A stretch of 64,000 nt of DNA from the NCBI GenBank assembly GCA_964188305.1, contig OZ076885.1; one strand, given 5' to 3'. Position numbers and translations under genes: made by a program. Source of the stretch: Podarcis bocagei. Its lineage: Eukaryota. The notes under the pieces are model-generated. The model saw nothing but the letters and a program-made list of their open reading frames with translations, was not told where the DNA came from and did no database searches. The first letter of the stretch is position 1, and each line of letters opens with the position of its first letter. Shown piece by piece: positions 1 through 11,268 of this stretch.

Positions 1-320
1 GCTTCAGCTCGGCGCTCAGTGCGTTTGGCTAGTTCCCCCGATTTCAACTGTGGGGGCTTGCCATCAAAGACATAGACAGGCTTGATGCCATTTTCCACCA
101 TGCGGATGGTGCGGTAGAACATCCCCATCAGGTGGCTTGTGGTCTCGCCTTCTTCATTCTGCAGCATGTCAGCTCCCTGCCTTACAGCAATCAGGAACTG
201 GTAAATACTCATAGACGCATCAATGGCCACCTTCCGGCCAAAGTAACTCTTTATGTCACTCTCTCGAATGGCACCAGGAGCTATATCGGCAATCAGCTTG
301 GCCAAACCATGGATTCCCAT
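1..320 (-). CDS. FEN1: Flap endonuclease 1, N-terminal part (truncated by window edge)
   Basis: Reverse strand from ATG at 320 reads [48 protein letters not shown]...[38 protein letters not shown] (XPG-N domain). A pyrimidine tract plus AG acceptor at 380-379 puts the exon start at about 378. Confidence 0.98.
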   Translation of the reverse strand, partial: MGIHGLAKLIADIAPGAIRESDIKSYFGRKVAIDASMSIYQFLIAVRQGADMLQNEEGETTSHLMGMFYRTIRMVENGIKPVYVFDGKPPQLKSGELAKRTERRAE

Positions 321-1169
321 CCTGGTAACTCAGCTTCAGTTGCAGTCTGCTTCTGTGATGATACAACACGGGAGAAACCTAAAAAGCAAAACAGAAGGCG
401 TGAACTGATGATTTAAAATGACACAAAAGCAAAAGGTTCAGCTGTTGGATCAAGGTATAATTTTCCCTACCAATCTAAGATTACCATGTAGTGGTTATTA
501 TTTTGATGAACAACAACAACTTATTTATTGCTTTACACTGAAACCTCAAGGCAACATACAACAAAATTGTAATAAACTATCAATACACTATAAATAGGTT
601 AAAAAAACACTATGCTCACTAATCAATTATGTACAGACTCCAGAGAAAGATGTGCAAATTACAAATAAGGTAAGGAATTTATTCTTTTTTCCAATTTATA
701 TCTTGCACTTCCTCTCAAAGGAATGTAAATTACATTCATATGCCACCCTTATTCTGCCATAGAACCCCATGGAAACCAAATGGGACACAGAGGTACATCA
801 CATCAACTGAGGAATGAAACCTGGGACTGGAATGACTGACTGTATCTGGGACTAGAATTAAAGGCTCAGAGTCTGGCATTGCTATTCTCCATTATTTCTT
901 CCTGCCCACTGTTAATGTGGCCTATTGCTGCAACACATCTTATTCTCTCTCAGGATCCATCTCTTGCTTTAACTGAATGGAGTCACATCACGGTTCAACT
1001 GGCATTCATGGTCCCTATTATTTCCAATGGGCATTCAGGCAGTTCAACCCCTGCCCCCTTCATATGCCCCAGCTGCAACAAAACATGTATAATAATAATA
1101 ATTTCTTATTTATACCTCGCCCACCTGGCTGGGTTTCCCCAGCCACTCTGGGCGGCTTTCAACACAATA

Positions 1170-1386
1170 CAGTGGTACCTCGGGTTAAGTACTTAATTCG
1201 TTCCAGAGGTCCGTTCTTAACTTGAAGCACCACTTTAGCTAATGGGGCCTCCTGCTACCGCCGGAGCACGATTTCTGTTCTCATACTGAAGCAAAGTTCT
1301 TAATCCAAGGTATTATTTCTGGGTTAGCAAAGTCTCTAACCTGAAGTGTATGTAACCTGAAGCGTATGTAACCTGAGGTACCACTG
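1170..1386. mobile_element. Tc1/mariner-type MITE family A (internally deleted copy)
   Basis: TA-CAGTGGTACCTCGGGTTA...TAACCTGAGGTACCACTG terminal inverted repeats; near-identical to copies at 43571 and 55089. Confidence 0.9.
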
Positions 1387-1599
1387 CATTAAAATACAGT
1401 AACGTATCTCCCATATTGATCAAAGCAGGCGCTGTAACTCTCCAAGGGCTTGACTTGACCCCCGACAGCGCACACTCTTCCACTGTCTCCCGAGACAGAG
1501 GGATGACAACACCACCACTTTTTTTAATCCAGTTGGTGGTTCAGAAGTAAGCAAAATAAGAGACAGCCAACCCAGATGACTCTTACTCGTTTCGCCCGT

Positions 1600-2460
1600 C
1601 TCAGACTGCAGTCTCGCAGGCATTTAACCTGGGAGCCAGGCCCGCTGAACTCTGTGGGACTGACCTCCGAGTGGACCCTGAGAGCCGGCCTACGCCGGCC
1701 GCCCAGCTGTCCCGCACTGAATGTAATGGGGCTGCTGCATCAACCTCCCGCCTTCGCCCTTCCACGCAAGCCTCCCTCCCTGCGGGGCAGGTTTCTGCTT
1801 GGGGCCGCGGCAGGGCGAGGGCGAACACGGCTCCCTCCCTCCCAGCCGGCCCTTTCCTCCGCCACCTCCCCCCCTCCCAGCCACGCAGAACGGGCGAGGG
1901 GCTGGTATTTGGGGTACCTTCCACTGCCACCTGCTCCCTCGCAGCCACGCGCGACCGAAGACCCGGCTGAGGACTCGGCTAAGCCAATCAGCGCCTCCCT
2001 TTTGGCGCCTTCTGAATCCCGCGCTCAGAGCATCAAAGAAGGCAGGGCGGGCGAGACGCCTGTTGGCTTCTGGGAAACGTAGTCCACGCGCTCACCGGCT
2101 TTTCCTGGTGGCCCGCTTCAGAGGTCTGAACGGACCACAATTCCCAGCAGGCCGTGCATAAGTGAGGCCTCTATCCCTCCTCCTTCTTCGTCCGGAGGGG
2201 GGGAGAAGATGATAGTCGGACTTCCGGCGGGGAAAGGGCTGAGCCTGCGCCGGAAGAAGAGACGTGTCCTTCCGCCACCTGTGAGGAGAAGCCACGGGAA
2301 GCGCCGGACAGAGCCATGGTGAGGGAGCGGGCCGGCCGGAGCGGAGCCGCCCCTGTCGCCCCTTTGCCAGCCTTTGCACGCCTTCCCGGTGCTGGGTCTA
2401 CTCGGTTATCCCGAGAGAGCCAAAGAGGGGCGGTCGGCGGGCGCAAATGGCCCGGTTTCA
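1600..2460. promoter_or_regulatory. CpG-island bidirectional promoter shared by FEN1 and TMEM258
   Basis: High GC and CpG density. CCAAT 1984-1988; E2F-like TTTGGCGC 2001-2008; two ZNF143/SBS-like motifs (2065-2085 minus, 2132-2153 plus); ETS/GABP motifs ACTTCCGG 2220-2227 and CCGGAAG 2250-2256. Confidence 0.85.
2316..2318 (+). CDS. TMEM258: TMEM258 coding exon 1 (start codon only)
   Basis: GAGCC-ATG|gtgagg: Kozak-context ATG directly followed by a donor; joins in phase 0 to GAG CTG GAG of the next exon, giving MELE-. Confidence 0.85.
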
Positions 2461-2605
2461 ATGCAGCAGAGAGGGAGGGAGGGAGAAATAAATGGTGTTT
2501 CTGTTACCACCTCCTCTGTTCCCTCGCCGAGATATCTCCTTAAAATCGGGGTTGCCCTCCAGGTGTTTCGATGGACTGCATCTCCCATCATTCCCGGCTC
2601 TTTAG

Positions 2606-2851
<246 letters not shown>

Positions 2852-3722
2852 TAGAGCGGCTCTGCTGAGTGTCCAGAGGCCTGCACCAGACACGTTTCAG
2901 TTGCCCACAGGGTTGTGGGGTTAGCTTTAATGAGATTTGGGGGAGGTGCTTGTACCTTTGCTTATTTTTAAAAGGGTGGGGAAAGCTGTCTCAGCATATG
3001 TTGCTGGACTACAAAACTCCCACCACCCATTACCATTCGCCATGCTGGTTGAGGCTTATGGTGACCAACAGCATCTAGGGTGCAGCTGGTTCTGCATTAC
3101 TGTTTTAAATTATTTTTAGGCCTTCGTTTAGCAAAACAATTAGGATGATGTACCATAAGGGTAATAAGATTCATATAAGCAAATGAAGGGGAGTAGAAAG
3201 TCAGCATAAATATTAAGCAAAAGATTTAGAAATATTATGCAGTAAGTTACTATTGCTTCTTAAAAGTTCAGACAAATAAAAATGCCTGTGTCTGGCAGCA
3301 GACTGAAAGCAAAATTGGCACCAGGTGATTGTCTTAAGGGCATTTCCATGTTGCACAAAAAAGAGCCTATTTTGCTGTCTGGACTGGGAAACTCATTTAG
3401 TGTCTTCTAATTTGGTGACTGATGTTTAATGGCATCAGATCTTTCTTTGATACTGTTCCTGATGCTGTGGGATAGTTGCTATCTTTTTCCTGAAATTTCA
3501 TTTAATTAATTTTATTCCTTGTATGCAGTTTGTCACACTGCAATTAAACAAGAATTTTTTTCTGTTATATTTTCTTGCTTAATTTTTGCATGCTGGGGCA
3601 GCTGAGAGGATGACAACCCTGTTAAAAAAAATGTCATGACCTTTTGCAAAAGTGTTGGTTTTTCATTGTGTATTGCTGGGGCTTTCTCCACTCTTCAGTC
3701 TCTGGTTTACTACTTTAACTAG

Positions 3723-3857
<135 letters not shown>

Positions 3858-5260
3858 CTAAGTCAGGAGCTTTCTCAGGTAAGAAATTAATACCTGATTC
3901 CACAATGAGATTTTTTTGGAACAAATTTGAGGGAATTTCCCAGAAAATATTAGGATTGAATTGTTAATTTGGTTTAAATGTTATATTGAAATAACATTCA
4001 GAGTTTCAGTTTGGTATTCACTTTGTTGGAAAATGTGCAACTATTTTAAGACTTCCATACTTCCATACAATCATTTATATTGTAAGGAGGAGAAATGAAG
4101 GCAATGAAAATTGTTGAGATACTAAACATGGCTAAACATGTTTTGGGCAGGGGCAGGTTCTTTGGTAGAACAACCGCTGCTATGGGCAGGGCAGGTGGTG
4201 GTGCGGAGTTCCCCCTCCTGTTGGAAAAATAGCTATGCCAGCCCCAAAGCTAGATAGTGTGGAGCCAATTTTGCAGGCATGTCAGGGGAGTGAGGGAGCT
4301 TTGGATCCTGCAGATCTATCGCTACTACCACCACCTCCAATGACTTATTTTTCCCATAACTGCCAGAATATCACTGGCTGTACATCTGTTATGGCAGAGC
4401 TTTACTCAGGAGTATCCAGTGGGTAGATGCTGCCATGCCGGCAGTGCAGTAAGACCCACACTGCTTCTTAAGGCCCCTCAGCCTGTCTTTGGCTGGCTAA
4501 AGGACTGCAGTAATCCAAAAACATGTTAGGGATCTCTATTATTATGTGTGCATTCATACTTCCCAGAAGCAGCTGCTTTGCAACTGTTTAAAACTGCAAA
4601 TTTGATTAGTATTGTGTCCAACAATCATGTTACTAATTTGTTTTGCAAAACAACGAAAGTTTAGAAATGGAAAGTTCTCTGCGGGAGGAAAGATTATAGA
4701 AAAATGTATTCCCCAGGTCACCGAGCAGGATATAGATATAGGGTGCACACACCATATAGTAGGCTGTCTGGTGCTTATTTAATAATTCTATTTTAACATG
4801 TAGAGTTCTGGCTTTTCTGAAGCTGAGTTTTTACCAGGCATGCTTGTGAATATAGACAAAGCCTTGTGTAGCATATTGCAACTACTTCACAAAGGATGTA
4901 GCAGGTAACAAAATGATGTGAACCTATCGGCATCTGCACAGTAAAATACAGTTGCTGAGCCTCTCTCTTTTAGTGCTCTTCGAACTGCAACATGTGCAAT
5001 AGTGAGCAGTTTTGTATCAGGTAGTTGCATTTGTCTGCCCCTTACCGTTAGTCACAACAATCTAAATTTAAAAAGCAAGAATGAAAGGCACAAATTATGA
5101 GGACAACTTCCCAGGCACGTAGAGCATAGAAGCCCCTCTAATTGTCAAGGACTTGTTTGGCTCCCCTGCTTGTATGTTTCCGTTTCGGACAGCAATATAG
5201 AAAACTATAATAGCCTGGGTACTTCAGAAAATAGTTTGATCCATTTGTTTTTCCTTTCAG

Positions 5261-5400
5261 GTTCCAGCAGCCTTACTGAAGCTCTTTTTTATTTTTGTAC
5301 GTAATGCAGCTCTTTGCAGCTTGGGCCTGCATAATCTTGATATATGGTTATAGCCCAGGGTCGCAACATTGGACCAATAAAGCTGACTCTGTGATGAGCT
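5261..5400 (+). other. TMEM258: TMEM258 terminal non-coding (3'UTR) exon with polyA signal
   Basis: Acceptor tttttcctttcag at 5260, AATAAA 5376-5381, GU-rich downstream element from about 5404. Confidence 0.7.
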
Positions 5401-5739
5401 GAAGTTTGTGTTGTTCTTTGTTCTTTGGGTGCACTTTTCTGCTGTATATGAAGACCCATAGGCCTACACCTGCTACAGGAGAGAAGGTACAAAGCAACAG
5501 AAATTGCTCTTTGAATAGGATGGATATAGGGGACACATAGTAATCATATGCCTGAAGGAATATTTTATCTCAACTTTTAAGAAATAAGCAATTGTGACAA
5601 CAGTCAGAATTTCATGAGACTGTAAATGTTGACATATCAGACTTTCCACTGCTGTGAGCAGGCTTTCAAACCCACCTTTAAGCACAAATGAACTTTTTCT
5701 TTTGCACACACACACAGTATGCTGGATACCAAACAGAAA

Positions 5740-6071
5740 GGGGAGCAGGTGGTGCTGTGGTCTGAACCACTGAGCCTCTTGGGCTTGCTGAGCTCCTGTT
5801 GCTCTGTCCCAGCTTCTGCTGACCTAACAGTTCAAAAGCACACCAGTGCAAGTAGATAAATAAGTACCACTGTGGTGGGTAAACGGTGTTTCCATGCGCT
5901 CTGGCACTTGCCATGGTGTTCCATTGCGCCAGAAGCGATTTAGTCATACATGACCCGGAAAGCTGTCTGTGGACAAACTTCGGCTCCTTCGGCCTGGGGA
6001 TAAGTGCTGCACCCCATAGACACCTTTGACTGGACTTAACTGTCCAGAGGTTCTTTACATTTACCTTTTAC
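5740..6071 (+). mobile_element. Sauria SINE
   Basis: tRNA-like head GGGAGCAGGTGGTGCTGTGG, characteristic body and a degenerate (ACCTTT)n tail. Confidence 0.8.
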
Positions 6072-7166
6072 TACACAAAGCATCCACACTAATTTTTCTT
6101 CCCTTCTTTCTGTTCTTTACTGAGAGAGAACCAATGGACTCAGAAGTACTGTAAATCCTACTTAGTTCAGTGGGACATATTCCCATGTAGGTAAATAAAC
6201 TCATTTCAGAGTAAGTCCCACTGAATGCAGTGGGACGTATTTCTGATTTAAAAAGGCACATGGGATCACAGCTGTGGTAGGCACTAGAGCTGAGATACTC
6301 CACTTCTGGATCAACATGCAGAAAAGGGCAGGCCACAATATTTGGGGCTCTTCAGCTTAAGGGGAAAGCCCGTTAAATAAAGGTGTCTGTGTGTGTCATG
6401 AGTAATGTCTATACAATTGTGCAAAGTGGAGAATATATGTGTGTGTGTGTGTGTGTGTGTAATACAGATAGATAAATCATCTCCTTCTCCCTACTACTTA
6501 TTGATTTTTCCTCTCAGATTGTGGTTTAAAGAATAATCTTTAGAGATGTCAGTTCCTTTTACTGCATTGCATTAAACTGCAAAGGCTAAAATAACAAGCT
6601 GACTTGAGGACATCACTGACTCTGAGCTACCTTTAAACTACAAGAGCTGGCACCAGGCTTTAAAAATAAAAATAAAATCCCAAGGCTATAGTAATTAAGA
6701 ATGTATATCAGAAACAAGGCTAGTAAAAGACATGTAGCCCACGGATTAGTGAGTGTAGTTTTGGTTAATTGCTTTCTCTCAATTCCATGTTTTAACTAAA
6801 TCCTTAATGAAAACTGCATTTTGCTCTTATAACTAAATGGCATTGAGTTCAAATTGAAAATAGCTGTGTTAACTGAATGTTTCTGTAGGAAGTGGTAGTC
6901 CAATACTGAAGGCATAGATTTTTTTATATAGTGATGTATGACTCTCAAACAGATATTTCTTCTCTAAAATGTCTGCTGACTTGTGTGCATGTAACTGGGC
7001 TTACTCTGGTAGTACAAATGCACTTCTTGCTTCAGAAATTCTCTTTTTACCCACAAAAAACTTTGCTTAGAGCCCCTACCATAACATTACTTGTAATAAT
7101 TCAGTTCTGTGAGATGGAGGAAGAAGCCATGAGCCAATCTTGGATACAAAGTAGTATACTTATATA

Positions 7167-7172
7167 TTTATT
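7167..7172 (-). terminator. Candidate distal MYRF polyadenylation signal
   Basis: AATAAA on minus at the end of a ~1-kb AU-rich UTR-like block. Other minus-strand AATAAA at 7483-7488, 7618-7623 and 11548-11553. Confidence 0.4.
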
Positions 7173-8894
7173 TTTATAGGTACATTTCTTATGAATAAAA
7201 GGTCTAGGTAAGCAAAACAAGAAGTAGAGGAGTTCTGGGCACCAGCACTCCAAAACAAAATATAAATACAGATCAGAAAAGCAGATGGTAGGGGGAAAAG
7301 CAACCACACATATCCTCCACCAAAGCAAAATAACAATAAAACTTCATTAATATAGTACGTACTACAGATATGACTCTGAAATTGAGGGCAATATACAGTG
7401 ATTAAAGCTGTGATAGCAACATTTAAAACAAAACAAATTAGTGCTTTATCTTCCTTAAGGCTCACAGTGGTGGCACAAAATTTTTATTTACAGGCTTTGA
7501 GCTTTTTCTTTAAACAACAACAAAAAGACAAAAGGCTTATGAATTTTCCTTGGAGAACTCATTCCCAGCCCCTCGAAACAGCCAGACTTTAAAAGTTGGC
7601 TCCATATCCACCCTTGATTTTATTCTTGGCTCCCCAAATGGCTAGAGAGATATGGCTTCATGTTCCGGTTCTAAGGAAGAAGAATTTCCTCCTAGGTCAG
7701 AAGCACCGGAAGAGCTCTCTCCATCAGATGCAGGAAAACACCCAGTTGTTAATCATCCTTCTATTTGGGGAGAGTATGTAATTGGTGCAGGTAGGGAGAA
7801 CATTTCCCGAGACAGGCGAGTAGCATGAAGATGCTGAGCTGGCCAGTCCAGGTGATGTCTATGATACCAGTTCAAACATGGGCAGGTAACACCTTGCTAT
7901 AGAACTCCTACTCTTTAATGCTGGTAGTCCCCTTGCCCACCCCAATACTGTGAAGCACTTTGGGATTTAAAAAAAAAAGTGCTATATCGATAAAAGTAAG
8001 TAGTTGTAGCAGTTTTAAACAAAACCATTAAAACTGTAATGTAAAAAGTGCTACTGTTACAAAGGATTATGCATATTGGATTCTCAGCATGGATGTGAAT
8101 GTACCAGTGAAAATAAATTTGACACATACACAGCCCTTCTCTCCAATGCCACCTGATAAGACCAGGAGAAGAAGAAAGTGATTGGTTAATTTACTTCTGA
8201 TGTCACCGTGTCCCTGCTGCCCTCACCCTGATCTTGATCGGTAACAAACTATGGATGAATGGTTTTATACATTTAATGCACTGAGGAGTGGGTAAGGGGA
8301 TAGTCTGGTCAAAATGTGAATGTCCTCACCAGATTGTTTTTAACCCAGCGGTTTCTTAACCACTAGTCTAAAGACTTCTTATTGCTGGTCTGTAGAAAGG
8401 AGTCTGCTTAAGCCTCCTGCTGCTGCTCAGGAGGAGAGCACCAAAACAGTGACCCACCAGGCCTAAGATGCCTCTCAGTCATTAAGCAACAGATCCTTCC
8501 TCCTCTATGAGCTGCTTCTTGCAGGGTGGTTTCTTCCCACTGCTGGAGTGTCCTAGGAAGCCCCAAAGGCCATGTTTGTTCTGCAGCTCCTCCCCACACC
8601 GTTTGGGTTGGCGATACAGGGAGGAGCTCCGGCACAAGCACCTCCAGTGGAGCACCAGATTCTCCCTTTGCTGGGAAGTGTGACGGGAGGAGAGGCTCCA
8701 TTTTGGCTCCCATTCTGCTGGAGTTAAAAAAAATAATCAAAAATTCAGCCTACGTGGAAAAAACAGGCAATTGGCACATGGGCCACAGAACACGGAGAGG
8801 AAGAGCAGCCTCTTATTGCTAGAAAATTGGAGCGTTGCCAGCCCCTGCAAGATCCTGACTTTCTAATACCAAGTTGAGAAGAATTATCTGAATA

Positions 8895-9249
8895 CAGTGG
8901 TGCCTCGCAAGACGAAATTAATTCGTTCCACGAGTTTTTTCGTCTAGCGAATTTTTCATCTTGCGAAGCACGGTGTCGGAAAAGTTTTGGAAAAGCTTCA
9001 AAAATCACCAAAAACCTCAAAAAAGGCTACCACACCGTGTTCTATGAGTTGCTCCTCGAAGTCAAGTCGCAACTGTATTAACGGTGTTAAGAAAAAGGAA
9101 ACAAACTTGCAAAAAACCCAAGACGTTTTCGTCTTGCGAAGCAAGCCCATAGGGAAATTCGTCTTGCGAAGCAGCTCAAAAAACAGCAAAACCCTTTCGT
9201 CTAGCGAGTTTTTCGTCTTGCGAGGCAATCGTCTTGCGGGGCACCACTG
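8895..9249. mobile_element. Tc1/mariner-type MITE family B
   Basis: TA-CAGTGGTGCCTCGCAAGACGA...TCGTCTTGCGGGGCACCACTG-TA; internal repeats of TCGTCTTGCGA. Confidence 0.92.
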
Positions 9250-9799
9250 TATTGTCCACGGCCAAGTACATTTTTTTGACACACTGATCGTGCTCAAGAA
9301 CAACTGTGCTCTAGCTGGGGGCGTTGCTGGATGCCTGCATGGTGAAGAGTCTTTTGGTACTGAACCTCCATGGATGATCAAAGCACATGCTTTGTGGACA
9401 AAGTAAGAAAGACCCCCGACAAATAACTCAGCAGGCATGGACCAATAGGAACAGCACTAGAAGATTGTGGTGGATTTAGCTGGGTAGCACCATTGTCTCT
9501 GTGAAGTATCTGTATAACCCTGCAGGTACAGTACTTTCACATGGTAAACACATGTTGTCCTATATAAGCCTCCTGTCTCACATGCCTTTGTCAGTTAATC
9601 TTGGGAGAGATTAAGGCAGGAGTGGGGAATGGCTTTTCAGCCTGCATTAACTTCTGTGGGCCATGTGCCAATGGTAGGCAGGGCCAAATGCAAAAGTGAG
9701 CAGAGCAATGACTGTCAATGCAGATCTCACTTTTGTACAGTAGGCTAATTTCCATATATACTCAGACACCTCTCTATCTTCCAGCCAGCTAAGCAAGAT

Positions 9800-10128
9800 A
9801 CCTGAAGGAGCGTCTCCATCCACAATGTTCAGCCCAGATACTGAGGTCTAGCTCCTTGGGCTTTCTGGCGGTTCCCTCACTGCGAGATTACAGGGAACCA
9901 GGCAGAGGGCCTTCTTGGTGGTGGTGCCCACCCTGTGGAATGCCCTCCCACCAGATTTCAAGGAAATAAACAACTATCTGACTTTTAGAAGACCTCTGAA
10001 GGCAGCCCTGTTTAGGGAAGTTTTTAATGTTTGATGTTTTATTCTGTTTTTAATCTGTTGGGAGCCGCCCAGAGTGGCTGGGGAAACCCAGCCAGATGGG
10101 CGGGGTATAAATAATAAATTATTATTAT
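9800..10128 (+). mobile_element. L2-clade LINE 3' fragment
   Basis: Encodes GTRQRAFLVVVPTLWNALP (LINE ORF2 C-terminal motif) and ends in (ATT)n. Related tails at about 1090-1165 (-), 14370-14494 (+) and 23378-23640 (-). Confidence 0.8.
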
Positions 10129-10623
10129 AGATGCATTATTAGAGCTCAAGGACACAGTCCAACCTGGCAGAAACACTTGTGAAGCGAGGCCAGCAAGGAG
10201 TGTGTCTTGACGGGAGAGAAGGCCAAGGGGTAGCTTTTGTTAAAGTGAATCCCATCAGGTGGCAGGTAGGCAGGGCAAAGCTTCCTCAAGCATTTCCTCT
10301 AACAAATCTTATACCGGTCACTGACACTGGCTCATTACAATGATCCCCCAAAGGTTTGTGAAAAATAATGAGATCTCCCCATAGCTCAGGTTTTTGTGTG
10401 TGTGTCTTACCTAAAAAGAAAAAGGCAATAGCCTCTATCCTGGGAGGGTGGTGTGTAGATGTGTGGCAGACTAAGACTCCACAGCAATTCAATGAAGTTT
10501 AGGTTAAGATCGCCCTTTCCACCCCCACCCTTTCCACCCAGTCCGTGTTGGCTCTACCAGACGTGTTGGAGTTGCGACAGGGGCAGAGGAAAGGGTGGGT
10601 GGGGGGAACCCACAGCAGTGGTA

Positions 10624-10792
10624 CCGTATTTTTCGCTCTATAACACGCACCCGACCATAACACGCACGTAGTTTTTAGAGGAGGAAAATCCGTAGGCATG
10701 CCACCCGTAGGCATTTCCTCCATAACACGCACAGACATTTCCCCTTACTTTCTAGGAGGAAAAAAGTGAGTGTTATGGTGCAAAAAATACGG
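10624..10792. mobile_element. pogo/Tc2-like MITE (CCGTATTTT TIR)
   Basis: TA-CCGTATTTTTCG...AAAAAATACGG-TA. Confidence 0.85.
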
Positions 10793-11250
10793 TAATTCTA
10801 AGGGTCTTCAGATGGGGCTCCCATATACTGCAGATCTGTTTAGGAGGAACATAGGAGGGGGAGAGAGAAGCAGGGGCTGTAAGGAGAAGCAAGAGTGCTT
10901 GCTTGTCAGTAACAGGCTGTTTCACAAGGGAGATTTCAACCAGTTTTGCATTACTGGCATTCAATGCAAGAACATTTTCACAAGTAACATTGAGTAACAG
11001 TGCAAACCTACACCCCTCTGCCCAGAAGCAAGTCCCAACAAATTCAATGGGATTTACTGAAGAGGTAAGAGTATGGAATTGCTACGAAACAGATTTCTGC
11101 ACTTCTTTCACTAGGGAGGAAACCCCTCCTTGGCTGCACTAAATGCCACTAACAGATTACATGACTGATGGGGCAAAATGAGACGTTAATAAGGGGGACA
11201 TAACTCCAAGTCTCTTATTGTGCCTGTTTGTTTCCCCTCTGTTCAGCAAT

Positions 11251-11268
11251 GGTGCCACCTGGTGGTGA
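11251..11268 (-). promoter_or_regulatory. CTCF-like motif
   Basis: CACCACCAGGTGGCACC on minus matches the CTCF core CCASYAGRKGGCR. Confidence 0.5.

Noticed and set aside
1587-1975. FEN1 non-coding first exon
   Set aside because: Expected here, but two donors are plausible (AAG|GTACCC after 1918; CGA|GTAAGA after 1587) and I cannot choose without transcripts.
2160-2320. A miRNA hairpin equivalent to the one annotated at the human TMEM258 5' end
   Set aside because: No convincing pre-miRNA stem-loop visible by eye.
8987-9438. 139-aa and 146-aa ORFs with repeated FVLR / RKT motifs; CRISPR-like spaced repeats
   Set aside because: They are translations of the internal repeats of a TIR-bounded MITE; spacing is irregular, there are no cas genes and the context is eukaryotic.
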